Source of the DNA: Erysipelotrichaceae bacterium MTC7
GTDB lineage: Bacteria; Bacillota_I; Bacilli_A; Erysipelotrichales; Erysipelotrichaceae
NCBI GenBank assembly: GCA_001695645.1
Contig: LVZN01000045.1
Span: 1 to 32,000, forward strand
Direction: 5' to 3'
Length of the DNA stretch: 32,000 nucleotides
Part shown: one piece after another, positions 7,869 through 15,683 of the stretch
Layout: the number at the start of each line of letters is the position of its first letter
Position numbering within the stretch: the first letter of the stretch is position 1
Position numbers and translations under genes: made by a program
Notes under the pieces: model-generated
Seen by the model: the letters and a program-made list of their open reading frames with translations, nothing else
Database searches by the model: none
Told to the model about the DNA's origin: nothing

Positions 7869-7937
7869 TTTTTAATTCCTCCTATATATATATCCTTAAT
7901 ATAGCATAGAACTTGTACATTTACTTGTAAGTGCATT

Positions 7938-7960
7938 GAAAAAAGCCCTGTGTAAGGGCT
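7938..7960 (-). terminator. Rho-independent terminator of ychF
   Basis: Minus strand AGCCCT-tacac-AGGGCT followed by a T-run. The stem overlaps the ychF stop codon. Confidence 0.75.
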
Positions 7961-9059
7961 AGACGTTAAATCTAAAGTGCATTATATCACCATCTTGGAC
8001 AACGTAGTCTTTTCCTTCTAAACGCAGTTTACCAGCCTCTTTAACCGCTTGTTCACTACCATACGTATCCATATCTTCAAATGACATTGTTTCTGCACGA
8101 ATAAATCCTTTTTCAAAATCAGTGTGAATAATTCCCGCACATTCAGGAGCAGTCATACCTTTTTTAAATGTCCATGCGCGTACCTCTACAACTCCTGCTG
8201 TAAAGTATGTACACAAATCAAGCATTGCATAACTTGCTTTAATTACTTGATCCAAACCAGATTCACCAATTCCCAAATCCTGTAAGAACATATCTTTTTC
8301 ATCTTTATCAAGAACGGATAATTCTTCTTCAATTTTTGCAGAAATGGCAACAACCTCATTGTTTTCACTTGTAGCAAGTTCCACGACTTTATTGAAGTGT
8401 GGGTTGCTTTTTGGATCATTGATTTCTTCTTCTGCAATGTTTGCTACATAAAGCATTGGTTTCATTGTCAACAATTGGAAACCTCTAACAAGATTGCGTT
8501 CATCTTTGCTAAGTTGTACACTGCGTGCTGGTTTCCCTACACTTAAGGCTGCTTTAATTTTATCTAATACCGCTTTTTCCGCAATACCTTCTGCATCCTT
8601 CGCTTTTACTTTACGCTCAACTTTTGATAAACGATTATCTACGGTTTGTTCATCTGCAAGTACAAGCTCCAAGTTGATAATTTCAATATCACGAATTGGA
8701 TCAACGCTTCCTTCGACATGTGTTACATTAGGGTCTTCAAAACAACGTACCACATGACAAATTGCGTCCGTTAAACGAATGTTGCTTAGAAACTGGTTCC
8801 CTAAACCTTCCCCTTTACTTGCACCTTTCACAAGACCTGCAATATCGGTAAATTCAAATGTTGTAAATAACGTTTTCTTTGGTTCTACGATTTCCACCAA
8901 GCGGTCAATTCGACTATCTGGTACTTCAACCACACCGACGTTTGGTTCAATCGTCGCAAACGGATAGTTTGCTGCTTCTACTTGCGATTTGGTAATCGCA
9001 TTAAATAACGTTGACTTTCCAACGTTTGGTAATCCAACAATTCCTGCTGTTAATGCCAT
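7959..9059 (-). CDS. ychF: Redox-regulated ribosome-binding ATPase YchF
   Basis: 366 aa. G1 motif GIVGLPNVGKST and the C-terminal TGS-like end DGDIMHFRFNV. Full-length YchF/OLA1 architecture. Confidence 0.95.
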   Translation of the reverse strand: MALTAGIVGLPNVGKSTLFNAITKSQVEAANYPFATIEPNVGVVEVPDSRIDRLVEIVEPKKTLFTTFEFTDIAGLVKGASKGEGLGNQFLSNIRLTDAICHVVRCFEDPNVTHVEGSVDPIRDIEIINLELVLADEQTVDNRLSKVERKVKAKDAEGIAEKAVLDKIKAALSVGKPARSVQLSKDERNLVRGFQLLTMKPMLYVANIAEEEINDPKSNPHFNKVVELATSENNEVVAISAKIEEELSVLDKDEKDMFLQDLGIGESGLDQVIKASYAMLDLCTYFTAGVVEVRAWTFKKGMTAPECAGIIHTDFEKGFIRAETMSFEDMDTYGSEQAVKEAGKLRLEGKDYVVQDGDIMHFRFNV

Positions 9060-9165
9060 AATTTTATACCTCTCAAATACTGTTATAGTTTACCTTCTTT
9101 TATAGTTTTAAGCAATATCAATCGCGACAAATGTCACTTTTGGACCCAATTGCTTTCAAAGCCAT

Positions 9166-9197
9166 ATAAAGAAAATGTGAGGAAGCTCCTCACATTT
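9166..9197 (-). terminator. Rho-independent terminator after the lipoprotein gene
   Basis: Stem atgtgagga (9175-9183) / tcctcacat (9187-9195), loop agc. The minus-strand tail is UUUCUUU. Confidence 0.75.
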
Positions 9198-9199
9198 CA

Positions 9200-9697
9200 T
9201 TATTTTGTTTTTGTTTTACAAGAATATCCTTGTTTTTCTAAAGCTTTTTGCGTACTCTTTAGTGAATAATAATCGTTATCTTTTGGCAATTCTTCAAAGA
9301 TACTTAACTTCTCTTTTGCCTCGATTGCTGCTTGTACATTGATGACTGACTTGGTTGATAAGGTTGGTTTTTCATACTTCCAAGTAAACGTCACGTTTTT
9401 GCTACATTTGTTTTTATCTGTCTTATCAGGACATTTTTCCAAATCTTTATAGCTAGCAATTTTTAAGTCGATATCTTCTTGATAGCGTTCTACATTATCA
9501 AACGTATATGACATCGCATCAATAATTTGATACAAAGCATCATCTTTTGCTTTCAAGGTAAGGTCTTGCTTCATATCAACACCTAGTTCATCTCCTGCAA
9601 AACGACAAACGACACTCACTTCTTTTGGTTCACTTTGACATCCTACGCAGAACGCAAAGATTATGAGTATACTAAGAATTTTCTTCATGTTCAACAT
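9200..9697 (-). CDS. Lipoprotein, DUF1307/YehR-like
   Basis: 165 aa. Signal peptide with lipobox IIFAFCVGC|QS. The C-terminal YYSLKSTQKALEKQGYSCK resembles YehR-type lipoproteins. The start could be the second ATG (9688). Confidence 0.6.
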   Translation of the reverse strand: MLNMKKILSILIIFAFCVGCQSEPKEVSVVCRFAGDELGVDMKQDLTLKAKDDALYQIIDAMSYTFDNVERYQEDIDLKIASYKDLEKCPDKTDKNKCSKNVTFTWKYEKPTLSTKSVINVQAAIEAKEKLSIFEELPKDNDYYSLKSTQKALEKQGYSCKTKTK

Positions 9698-9881
9698 CCG
9701 CTTTCTCTATGATTTTCTTTAGTTTCTTTTCAAACTCTCTTCGTTCCATCAAGACCGATGAGCCACAGCCCAAGCACTTGATTCGGATATCTGCACCCAT
9801 GCGAATAATCTTCCAATAATTACTCTTTTTACACGGATGTTGTTTTTTCATTTCAACAATATCGTTAAGATTGTACTCCAT
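9672..9881 (-). CDS. DUF951 family protein (YyzM-like)
   Basis: 69 aa. Motifs KKQHPCKKSNYWKIIRMGADIRIKCLGCG. In Bacillus subtilis the DUF951 gene lies directly upstream of ychF. Confidence 0.8.
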   Translation of the reverse strand: MEYNLNDIVEMKKQHPCKKSNYWKIIRMGADIRIKCLGCGSSVLMERREFEKKLKKIIEKADVEHEENS

Positions 9882-10740
9882 CTTCTAGATCCTCTCTTTT
9901 TCGATACGATTCCACTGTGTTTTCTAGTAACATAGCAATCGTCATTGGTCCAACACCTTTTGGTACTGGTGTGATGTATTTCACTTTATCAAGGACATCA
10001 TCAAAGTCGACATCACCGCACAGTTTTCCATCTTCACCACGATTGACTCCTACATCAATGACAACCGCTCCATCTTTTAACCAATCGTTTTTCACGAGTT
10101 TGGCACGGCCCACTGCAGCAACAACGATATCTGCATGTTTGACAATATCTTGAATGTTTTTTGTTCTTGAATGTGTAATTTGTACAGTTGCATTTTTATT
10201 TAGCAGTAACTGCGCAATTGGCTTTCCAACGATGTTGCTTCGTCCAATCACAACCGCAGTTTTTCCTGATAGATCATCGTATCCAATGTGTTCCAAAATT
10301 TTAATAATACCTTTTGGTGTACAAGGCAAGAACGTATCTTCCCCAATGATCATTTTTCCAATATTATATGGATGAAAGCCATCCACATCTTTATCTGGGT
10401 TAATGCTAAATAACACACGGTTTGTATCAATGTGTTCTGGTAATGGAAGTTGGACAAGAATTCCATCAACATTTTCATCATAGTTTAACTCTTGAATTTT
10501 TTCAATAAGTTTTTCTTCGCTAATGCTTGCATCATAACGCAAGGTTGCATTTTGCATACCGATTGCATGACAAGCCTTCTCTTTACCTTTTACATAGGAT
10601 TGACTTCCAACATCTTCGCCCACCAAAATTACCACAAGTTGAGGTAAGCGCATTCCTTTTTCTGCATAAACTGCTATCTCATTTTTTAAGTCTTCTTTAC
10701 ATTTTGCTGCTATTTCACTACCATAAACAATCTTATCCAT
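9865..10740 (-). CDS. folD: Bifunctional methylenetetrahydrofolate dehydrogenase (NADP+) / methenyltetrahydrofolate cyclohydrolase FolD
   Basis: The ORF track begins at a GTG (10752). The ATG at 10740 (MDKIVYG...) has SD GAGGAAA 5 nt upstream. Motifs [39 protein letters not shown]. Confidence 0.93.
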   Translation of the reverse strand: MDKIVYGSEIAAKCKEDLKNEIAVYAEKGMRLPQLVVILVGEDVGSQSYVKGKEKACHAIGMQNATLRYDASISEEKLIEKIQELNYDENVDGILVQLPLPEHIDTNRVLFSINPDKDVDGFHPYNIGKMIIGEDTFLPCTPKGIIKILEHIGYDDLSGKTAVVIGRSNIVGKPIAQLLLNKNATVQITHSRTKNIQDIVKHADIVVAAVGRAKLVKNDWLKDGAVVIDVGVNRGEDGKLCGDVDFDDVLDKVKYITPVPKGVGPMTIAMLLENTVESYRKREDLEDGVQS

Positions 10741-11185
10741 ACATTTCCTCACTATCTAACAAGATGGTAACAGGACCATCGTTGCATAATTCTACTTTCA
10801 TATCTGCACCAAACACACCCGATTCAACTTCAACGCCCAGTTCGCGTAACGATGCATTGAAGTGCTCATACAGTGCATTTGCTTGTTCCGGTCTTGCGGC
10901 TTTTGCAAATCCAGGACGATTTCCTTTTCTCGTATCTGCATACAAGGTAAATTGTGAGATGCTTAGCACCTTACCTCCCACTTGTAAGAGGTCCAAATTC
11001 ATTTTACCTTGCGCGTCTTCAAATACGCGTAACTGTTTTACTTTTTTGGCAAGTCTATCTACAATTTCTTGATCATCTTCACTAGATATACCAACCAGCA
11101 ATAGATATCCATTCTCAATAGCGCCATGAACGTTTCCATCAATGGTTACACTTGCGTGTACAACGCGTTGCAATAAAACTCTCAC
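10733..11185 (-). CDS. dtd: D-aminoacyl-tRNA deacylase
   Basis: 150 aa. GTG start overlapping the upstream TGA (GTGA). Motifs [25 protein letters not shown] and the typical length. Confidence 0.93.
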   Translation of the reverse strand: MRVLLQRVVHASVTIDGNVHGAIENGYLLLVGISSEDDQEIVDRLAKKVKQLRVFEDAQGKMNLDLLQVGGKVLSISQFTLYADTRKGNRPGFAKAARPEQANALYEHFNASLRELGVEVESGVFGADMKVELCNDGPVTILLDSEEMYG

Positions 11186-12051
11186 GATGCTTCTCCTTTA
11201 TAGATGTTTTCAAAATATTGATACAAAGGAGGATAGCGGTTTGCCAATTCCACACCTTGATTAAAGTACGTATCACTTACTTCTGCAAAGAATTCAGCAG
11301 AACTACTTTTTGCGTATTGTACATCTAATAAATTAAATAGGGTATCAAATTGCGCATCCTCAATAAACATTTTATATTGATCCTTAAACTTCTTTGTTTC
11401 ACTGATGAAATCATGTGCAACATCAAAGTTATGTGAGAGTTCATGGGTTACCACACGATACATCCCAACACGGCTTGCATCAATATATATATGTCGATTG
11501 GTCGGTACAGCAAACGCTACCGCTTGTGCTATATCATTTTCTTTTCGAATTTTTTCAAATTCCTCACGACTACATAAATGAATTCTTGTTGTTTCTTTTA
11601 AAAGTTCAACCGGTTGTGGTTCGATACATTCGTGGATAAAATATGTTTTTTCTTCTTCACTTAAATCACCAACGATTGTAACAGGTGGTAAGTCATCGCC
11701 AAGAACAATGGTTTCATTCTCCGCGTATTTCGAATTCTCTCCATATAGTGAACTTTGGTTACGGAAATAATTAAAAGAAATCGCAACGAGAATCATAAAA
11801 GTCACCAACAAGGTTCCATAGAACTTTAGCGCTGATGATTTTTCCTTTTCTTTTCTTCTTGAGATGATTGTTGCAAGTGCAAACATGACTACACAAGTTA
11901 CGCAAAGTGCGTAAACAATGGCAGCATGACGGGCCAACCATAAAGAAACTAGTGTATGCCATCCTTGTTCATAGCCAAGAATGCATAACGCACCTACCAT
12001 TAACACCATCAAGATTATTGCAACAATACCTAAACCACTATTTTTTTTCAT
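11182..12051 (-). CDS. Membrane-anchored zinc metallopeptidase, anthrax lethal factor / Pro-Pro-endopeptidase-like (MEROPS M34, ATLF-like domain)
   Basis: 289 aa. Three N-terminal hydrophobic segments with a basic cytoplasmic loop (SRRKEKEK). Zinc motif [11 protein letters not shown] plus a downstream AEFFAEV ~50 aa later, the HExxH...E(F/Y)FAE arrangement of M34 peptidases. Confidence 0.6.
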   Translation of the reverse strand: MKKNSGLGIVAIILMVLMVGALCILGYEQGWHTLVSLWLARHAAIVYALCVTCVVMFALATIISRRKEKEKSSALKFYGTLLVTFMILVAISFNYFRNQSSLYGENSKYAENETIVLGDDLPPVTIVGDLSEEEKTYFIHECIEPQPVELLKETTRIHLCSREEFEKIRKENDIAQAVAFAVPTNRHIYIDASRVGMYRVVTHELSHNFDVAHDFISETKKFKDQYKMFIEDAQFDTLFNLLDVQYAKSSSAEFFAEVSDTYFNQGVELANRYPPLYQYFENIYKGEAS

Positions 12052-13286
12052 TATAACGTGTCGTTAATCTCCTTCATTTTATGAGCGAGTCCTTTTACTT
12101 TTTCCACGCTGATGGAACAAAGGGCAACTCGAATCCCTTTATTTACTTTTACTGTAAAGATATTCGCATCCATACATGCTTCATGCATTTTTGTTTGCAA
12201 AGCTGGATCTTCATAACGTAATGTCACAAAGAATCCTTCACGATATGGATAATAAGCAAGACCACAAGCATCTGCTTCTTCAATAAAGATATCGCTTCTT
12301 TCTTTTAAAATGCTGACGTATGAATCTTTTTCTAAATCGTAGTCTAAACGACCATCACCCGTCACATACACAAAGTTTTGCATGGCTGCATTGGGAATGT
12401 TTGACCAGATGGCACGCGCTGCTTTTTCCATCACAATTTCCACCTGACGTACTTGTTCTTGATGTTTTGCTAAAATCATCGCAGCACCACAACGAAGTCC
12501 GTATGCTGTTAATGTTTTTGAACACGAGAATGCAACAACCACCATCACATTGTCCGCCATTTGATTGAATGCATGCATATAGTTACGACTTGCTTTAAAA
12601 TCATAGGCAAAATCAATATAAGCTATATCATTTAAGATCATAAATGGACCTTCTTGACTAAGTTCATTGGCAATTTCCATTACGGCATCCCACTCTTCAT
12701 TCGTTAAAGAATATCCAGTAGGATTATGACATGGGTCATTGATAATCACAAGGACTTTACCTTGCATTTTCATTACATTTTTGCAAGTTTCCTTAAAGTT
12801 AGCTAAATTGAAACCATCACCATCAAATAATGAGTAACAGACTGTCTCAATGTTATTCATCGTTGCCATCAATTTATATGAACCCCAAGCAATTTCAGGA
12901 ATGATTAACGTTTCACCTTGATCCAACAACATGGATATCGTTGTGCTAACCGCACCACTTCCTCCAGGTGTTGCAATGACTGAATGCGCAAGTTCTAAGT
13001 TTGTATCTTGCACAACCCAGTCATAGACTGCTTTACGATAATCTTCATTTCCGACGAAACTTTGTGCATACGCCGCTTTTTTACGATCTGCAATCGCATC
13101 ATATGGACGATACACCGATTCAAATGCAACAAGCTGTCCATCTTCTCCATATAGTGCACCAATGGTTGCATCTACAACGTTTTCTGGTCCAACTTTTGCA
13201 ATAGCCTCTTTCGCTTTTGAGACAATGGAAAATACATTATCTACAATTGGTGTGTTATTTACGTGTTCTTTAACAAATGTTTTCAT
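12051..13286 (-). CDS. Class I PLP-dependent aminotransferase (aspartate/aromatic amino acid aminotransferase type)
   Basis: 411 aa. PLP-lysine region FSCSKTLTAYGLRCG and NDPCHNPTG. Its position directly after pheA suggests the Phe/Tyr-forming transaminase. Confidence 0.8.
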   Translation of the reverse strand: MKTFVKEHVNNTPIVDNVFSIVSKAKEAIAKVGPENVVDATIGALYGEDGQLVAFESVYRPYDAIADRKKAAYAQSFVGNEDYRKAVYDWVVQDTNLELAHSVIATPGGSGAVSTTISMLLDQGETLIIPEIAWGSYKLMATMNNIETVCYSLFDGDGFNLANFKETCKNVMKMQGKVLVIINDPCHNPTGYSLTNEEWDAVMEIANELSQEGPFMILNDIAYIDFAYDFKASRNYMHAFNQMADNVMVVVAFSCSKTLTAYGLRCGAAMILAKHQEQVRQVEIVMEKAARAIWSNIPNAAMQNFVYVTGDGRLDYDLEKDSYVSILKERSDIFIEEADACGLAYYPYREGFFVTLRYEDPALQTKMHEACMDANIFTVKVNKGIRVALCSISVEKVKGLAHKMKEINDTL

Positions 13287-13294
13287 ATTTCCCC

Positions 13295-14362
13295 CTATTT
13301 GTTGTACGAGCCAATGTATTTTAAATCACGACAAACCGCTTTCAGTTTGCGTAACATCTGCTGTGTTTTTTCTTCTTCGATGTTTCCTTCTAATTCCACA
13401 TGGAAATAGTATGACCATGCATTTTGTGGAATCGAACGAGACTTGATACTTTTCATATTAAATCCACTATCAGCAATACTGTTGATTGCTTGGGCTAGTG
13501 TTCCTTGTTCATTTGCTAAAGTAAACAAAATTTGAAATGTATTTCCTTCTTTATTTGCTTCTTTAGAAAGGATCGCAAAACGTGTCGTGTTATCATCATT
13601 CGTTTGAATGTTACTTTCGATAATTTGTAGACCAAAACGCTCAGCCGTTTCTTTACTTGCAATTGCTGCAATGGTTGGATCTGCTTCTTTACCAACAAAT
13701 TCAGCTGCCAATGCTGTGTTTGGAAATTCAATAATTTCGACATCGCGACCTTTTAAAAATTTAGCACATTGACTTAACGCTTGTGGATGCGAGTAAATTT
13801 TCGTAATATCTTCCGTTCGAATCTTTTGTTTTGCTAGCAAGTTGTGACTTACATGCAATTCAAAGATATCGACAATATATAATGGATAGCTATATAACAA
13901 GTCACTTACTTCACCAACTTCACCACTGTGTGAATTTTCAACAGGAATCACACCATAGCGAATGTCTTCTTTATCAACTGCTTTGAATACGTCTTCAAAG
14001 CTTTTAAAGCCAATCAATTCGTAATCTGGAAAACAATGCATAGACGCTAAATAAGAAAATGCGCCATAGGTTCCTTGGTAACCGATTTTATCATTGATCA
14101 AAGTCGCATGTTGGAAACGACGACTTGTTTTCATTACGTCGCTAATAAACTCTTTATAATAGGAGCGAAGTTTTTCATCTTGAATATATTGCATATTTTT
14201 TTGAATCACTTCTTGTTCGCGCGAAAAATCAAGAACCTCCATATGATGCTCTTGTTTGTAGGAAATGACATCTTCAACCGCATGCATTCTTTTTTCAAAT
14301 AATGCTGCCATTTCTTCGTCAATTTGGTTGATTTTATTTCTCGCTTGCTCTAATTTATTCAT
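13295..14362 (-). CDS. pheA: Bifunctional chorismate mutase / prephenate dehydratase (P-protein) with C-terminal ACT domain
   Basis: The ORF track extends to 14479, but the ATG at 14362 (MNKLEQARNKINQIDEEMAALFEKRM, a chorismate mutase helix) has SD AGGAG 7 nt upstream. PDT motifs IGYQGTYGAFS and TRFAIL, then an ACT region. Confidence 0.9.
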   Translation of the reverse strand: MNKLEQARNKINQIDEEMAALFEKRMHAVEDVISYKQEHHMEVLDFSREQEVIQKNMQYIQDEKLRSYYKEFISDVMKTSRRFQHATLINDKIGYQGTYGAFSYLASMHCFPDYELIGFKSFEDVFKAVDKEDIRYGVIPVENSHSGEVGEVSDLLYSYPLYIVDIFELHVSHNLLAKQKIRTEDITKIYSHPQALSQCAKFLKGRDVEIIEFPNTALAAEFVGKEADPTIAAIASKETAERFGLQIIESNIQTNDDNTTRFAILSKEANKEGNTFQILFTLANEQGTLAQAINSIADSGFNMKSIKSRSIPQNAWSYYFHVELEGNIEEEKTQQMLRKLKAVCRDLKYIGSYNK

Positions 14363-14441
14363 CGATAATCTCCTCATTTTATTATACAACAAATATAGTT
14401 TAGTTTTTAGGGATTCCCTTAACTTTGTATTATACATTATT

Positions 14442-14482
14442 TTTATGAAAATTGTTTCATAAATTGTAAAAAATTTCATAAA
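14442..14482. promoter_or_regulatory. Operator-like element: 22-bp palindrome TTTATGAAA-attg-TTTCATAAA plus a third TTTCATAAA half-site
   Basis: Exact 9-mers at 14442-14450 (inverted), 14455-14463 and 14474-14482. The third copy ends 4 nt before the -35 of the aro operon promoter. Confidence 0.45.
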
Positions 14483-14486
14483 GTAC

Positions 14487-14515
14487 TTGCAAAACCGTTT
14501 TTACCATATTACAAT
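14487..14515 (+). promoter_or_regulatory. Promoter of the aro operon (TTGCAA-17-TACAAT)
   Basis: ttgcaa aaccgtttttaccatat tacaat read directly. The expected +1 falls at about 14522. Confidence 0.6.
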
Positions 14516-14521
14516 GTACAC

Positions 14522-14560
14522 ATGAAACTAACATCAACTTTTTATTTTTACTTTAGATAA
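14522..14560 (+). CDS. Candidate leaderless leader peptide MKLTSTFYFYFR (Phe/Tyr attenuation)
   Basis: atg aaa cta aca tca act ttt tat ttt tac ttt aga taa. The ATG lies 6 nt after the -10 hexamer and has no SD. Five consecutive alternating Phe/Tyr codons. Hairpins and a terminator follow, upstream of aroB. Confidence 0.45.
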   Translation: MKLTSTFYFYFR

Positions 14561-14615
14561 CGCCAAACAAACTAATACAACGTATTGGTTATTTATTCAT
14601 GTTTGGCAAAAAACT

Positions 14616-14646
14616 AAGCACAGCAATTGATGTTGGTGCTTTTTTT
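14616..14646 (+). terminator. Intrinsic terminator (attenuator) immediately upstream of the aroB SD
   Basis: AAGCAC (14616-21) pairs with GTGCTT (14636-41), and CAA (14624-26) with TTG (14633-35), with a 2-nt bulge. A run of 7 T follows (14640-46). The aroB SD AAAGGAGAG starts at 14650. Confidence 0.6.
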
Positions 14647-14663
14647 ATTAAAGGAGAGCTTTT

Positions 14664-15683
14664 ATGGAAATTCAAATTCAACTACAACACAAATCATATC
14701 CGATTTATTTGGGAAATCATACCATCGATAAACTACAAGCGTACGTTAGCGATGAAAAAAAGTATTTCATCTTGACTGACACAAACATTCCAGAATCCCT
14801 TGTACGTCAAGTGCAATCGTATTGCAAACAAAGTACAATATATAAAGTAGAACCAGGCGAGAATAGCAAGAGTTTTGCGACATACAAAGCGGTGTGTGAA
14901 GCTTGCTTAGCTTACGGTATGCAACGTAGCGATGTCCTTATTGCCTTAGGTGGCGGGGTCATTGGTGATCTGGGTGGATTTGTTGCAAGTAGTTATATGC
15001 GCGGTATTTCCTTTATGTCCATACCAACGACAACACTTTCGCAGATTGATAGTAGCATTGGTGGTAAAGTGGCAATTAACTTGGACCACGTAAAAAACAT
15101 CATTGGTGCCTTTTATCACCCAGATGCAGTGTTTATTGACTTTACAACGTTAGCTACTTTACCCAAGCGACACATTCAAAGTGGATTGGTTGAAGCCCTA
15201 AAAGCTGGACTCATCCATGATGCTTCCTTATATGAAATCTTTAAACAACCCGATTATATGGACCAATTGGAAACCATCGTCTTTAAAGCATTGCTTGTTA
15301 AAAAAGCGGTGGTCGAACAGGATGAAAAAGAAAGCGGCTTACGCAAAACGTTAAACTTCGGTCATACGATTGGCCATGGTATTGAAGCATATTATGATTT
15401 GAAAACGTATTATCACGGGGAATGTGTTGGACTAGGAATGCTCTACTTTCTTGAGGATCAAAAACTACAAGAACAAGTTAAGACCATCTTACAACACATG
15501 CAAATACCTGTAGATGTACCATTTGAAATTTCGAAGGTGATGCAAATTATCGCAAAAGATAAAAAAGCAAAACAAACGCATATTGATGTTGTCCGGGTGG
15601 ATCAACCTGGTCACGCATATATCCAACCATTAGAACTCAGTGAGATACAAGCATTGATCGAAAGGAGCCATCATGAAAAGTAG
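14664..15683 (+). CDS. aroB: 3-dehydroquinate synthase
   Basis: 339 aa. Motifs ALGGGVIGDLGGFVA, PTTLLSQIDSSIGGK-like (PTTTLSQIDSSIGGKVA), and HTIGHGIE. Confidence 0.93.
   Translation: MEIQIQLQHKSYPIYLGNHTIDKLQAYVSDEKKYFILTDTNIPESLVRQVQSYCKQSTIYKVEPGENSKSFATYKAVCEACLAYGMQRSDVLIALGGGVIGDLGGFVASSYMRGISFMSIPTTTLSQIDSSIGGKVAINLDHVKNIIGAFYHPDAVFIDFTTLATLPKRHIQSGLVEALKAGLIHDASLYEIFKQPDYMDQLETIVFKALLVKKAVVEQDEKESGLRKTLNFGHTIGHGIEAYYDLKTYYHGECVGLGMLYFLEDQKLQEQVKTILQHMQIPVDVPFEISKVMQIIAKDKKAKQTHIDVVRVDQPGHAYIQPLELSEIQALIERSHHEK

Noticed and set aside
10527-11072. 181-aa plus-strand ORF spanning the folD/dtd junction
   Set aside because: It is antisense to two well-supported genes. The sequence is Leu/Ser/Pro/His-rich and low-complexity, with no SD or promoter. 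The same reasoning applies to the other short antisense ORFs in the track, for example 2621-2839, 3931-4173, 8494-8757, 9917-10375, 16205-16466, 21270-21747, 24206-24541 and 29807-30142.
13295-14479. 5' extensions in the ORF track (pheA to 14479, DUF4256 to 21808, ispE to 27897, response regulator to 31805, lipoprotein to 29677, folD to 10752)
   Set aside because: In each case an internal ATG has a properly spaced SD and gives the canonical family N-terminus. The extension lacks an SD and runs through promoter or terminator sequence, or deep into the upstream gene. Shorter starts were used.
14464-14482. TyrR-box-like sequence (TGTAAA...)
   Set aside because: Only the left half TGTAAA is present. 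The right half TTTACA at N6 spacing is absent, and TyrR is a proteobacterial regulator. The repeated TTTCATAAA 9-mer is the real signal here.
14480-14663. Possible T-box or other known riboswitch upstream of the aro operon
   Set aside because: There is no T-box consensus (AAUUAGGGUGGNACCGCG-like) and no specifier-loop architecture. The leader is only ~140 nt and AT-rich. There are no GAG/UAG triplet repeats for TRAP. The leader-peptide model fits better.
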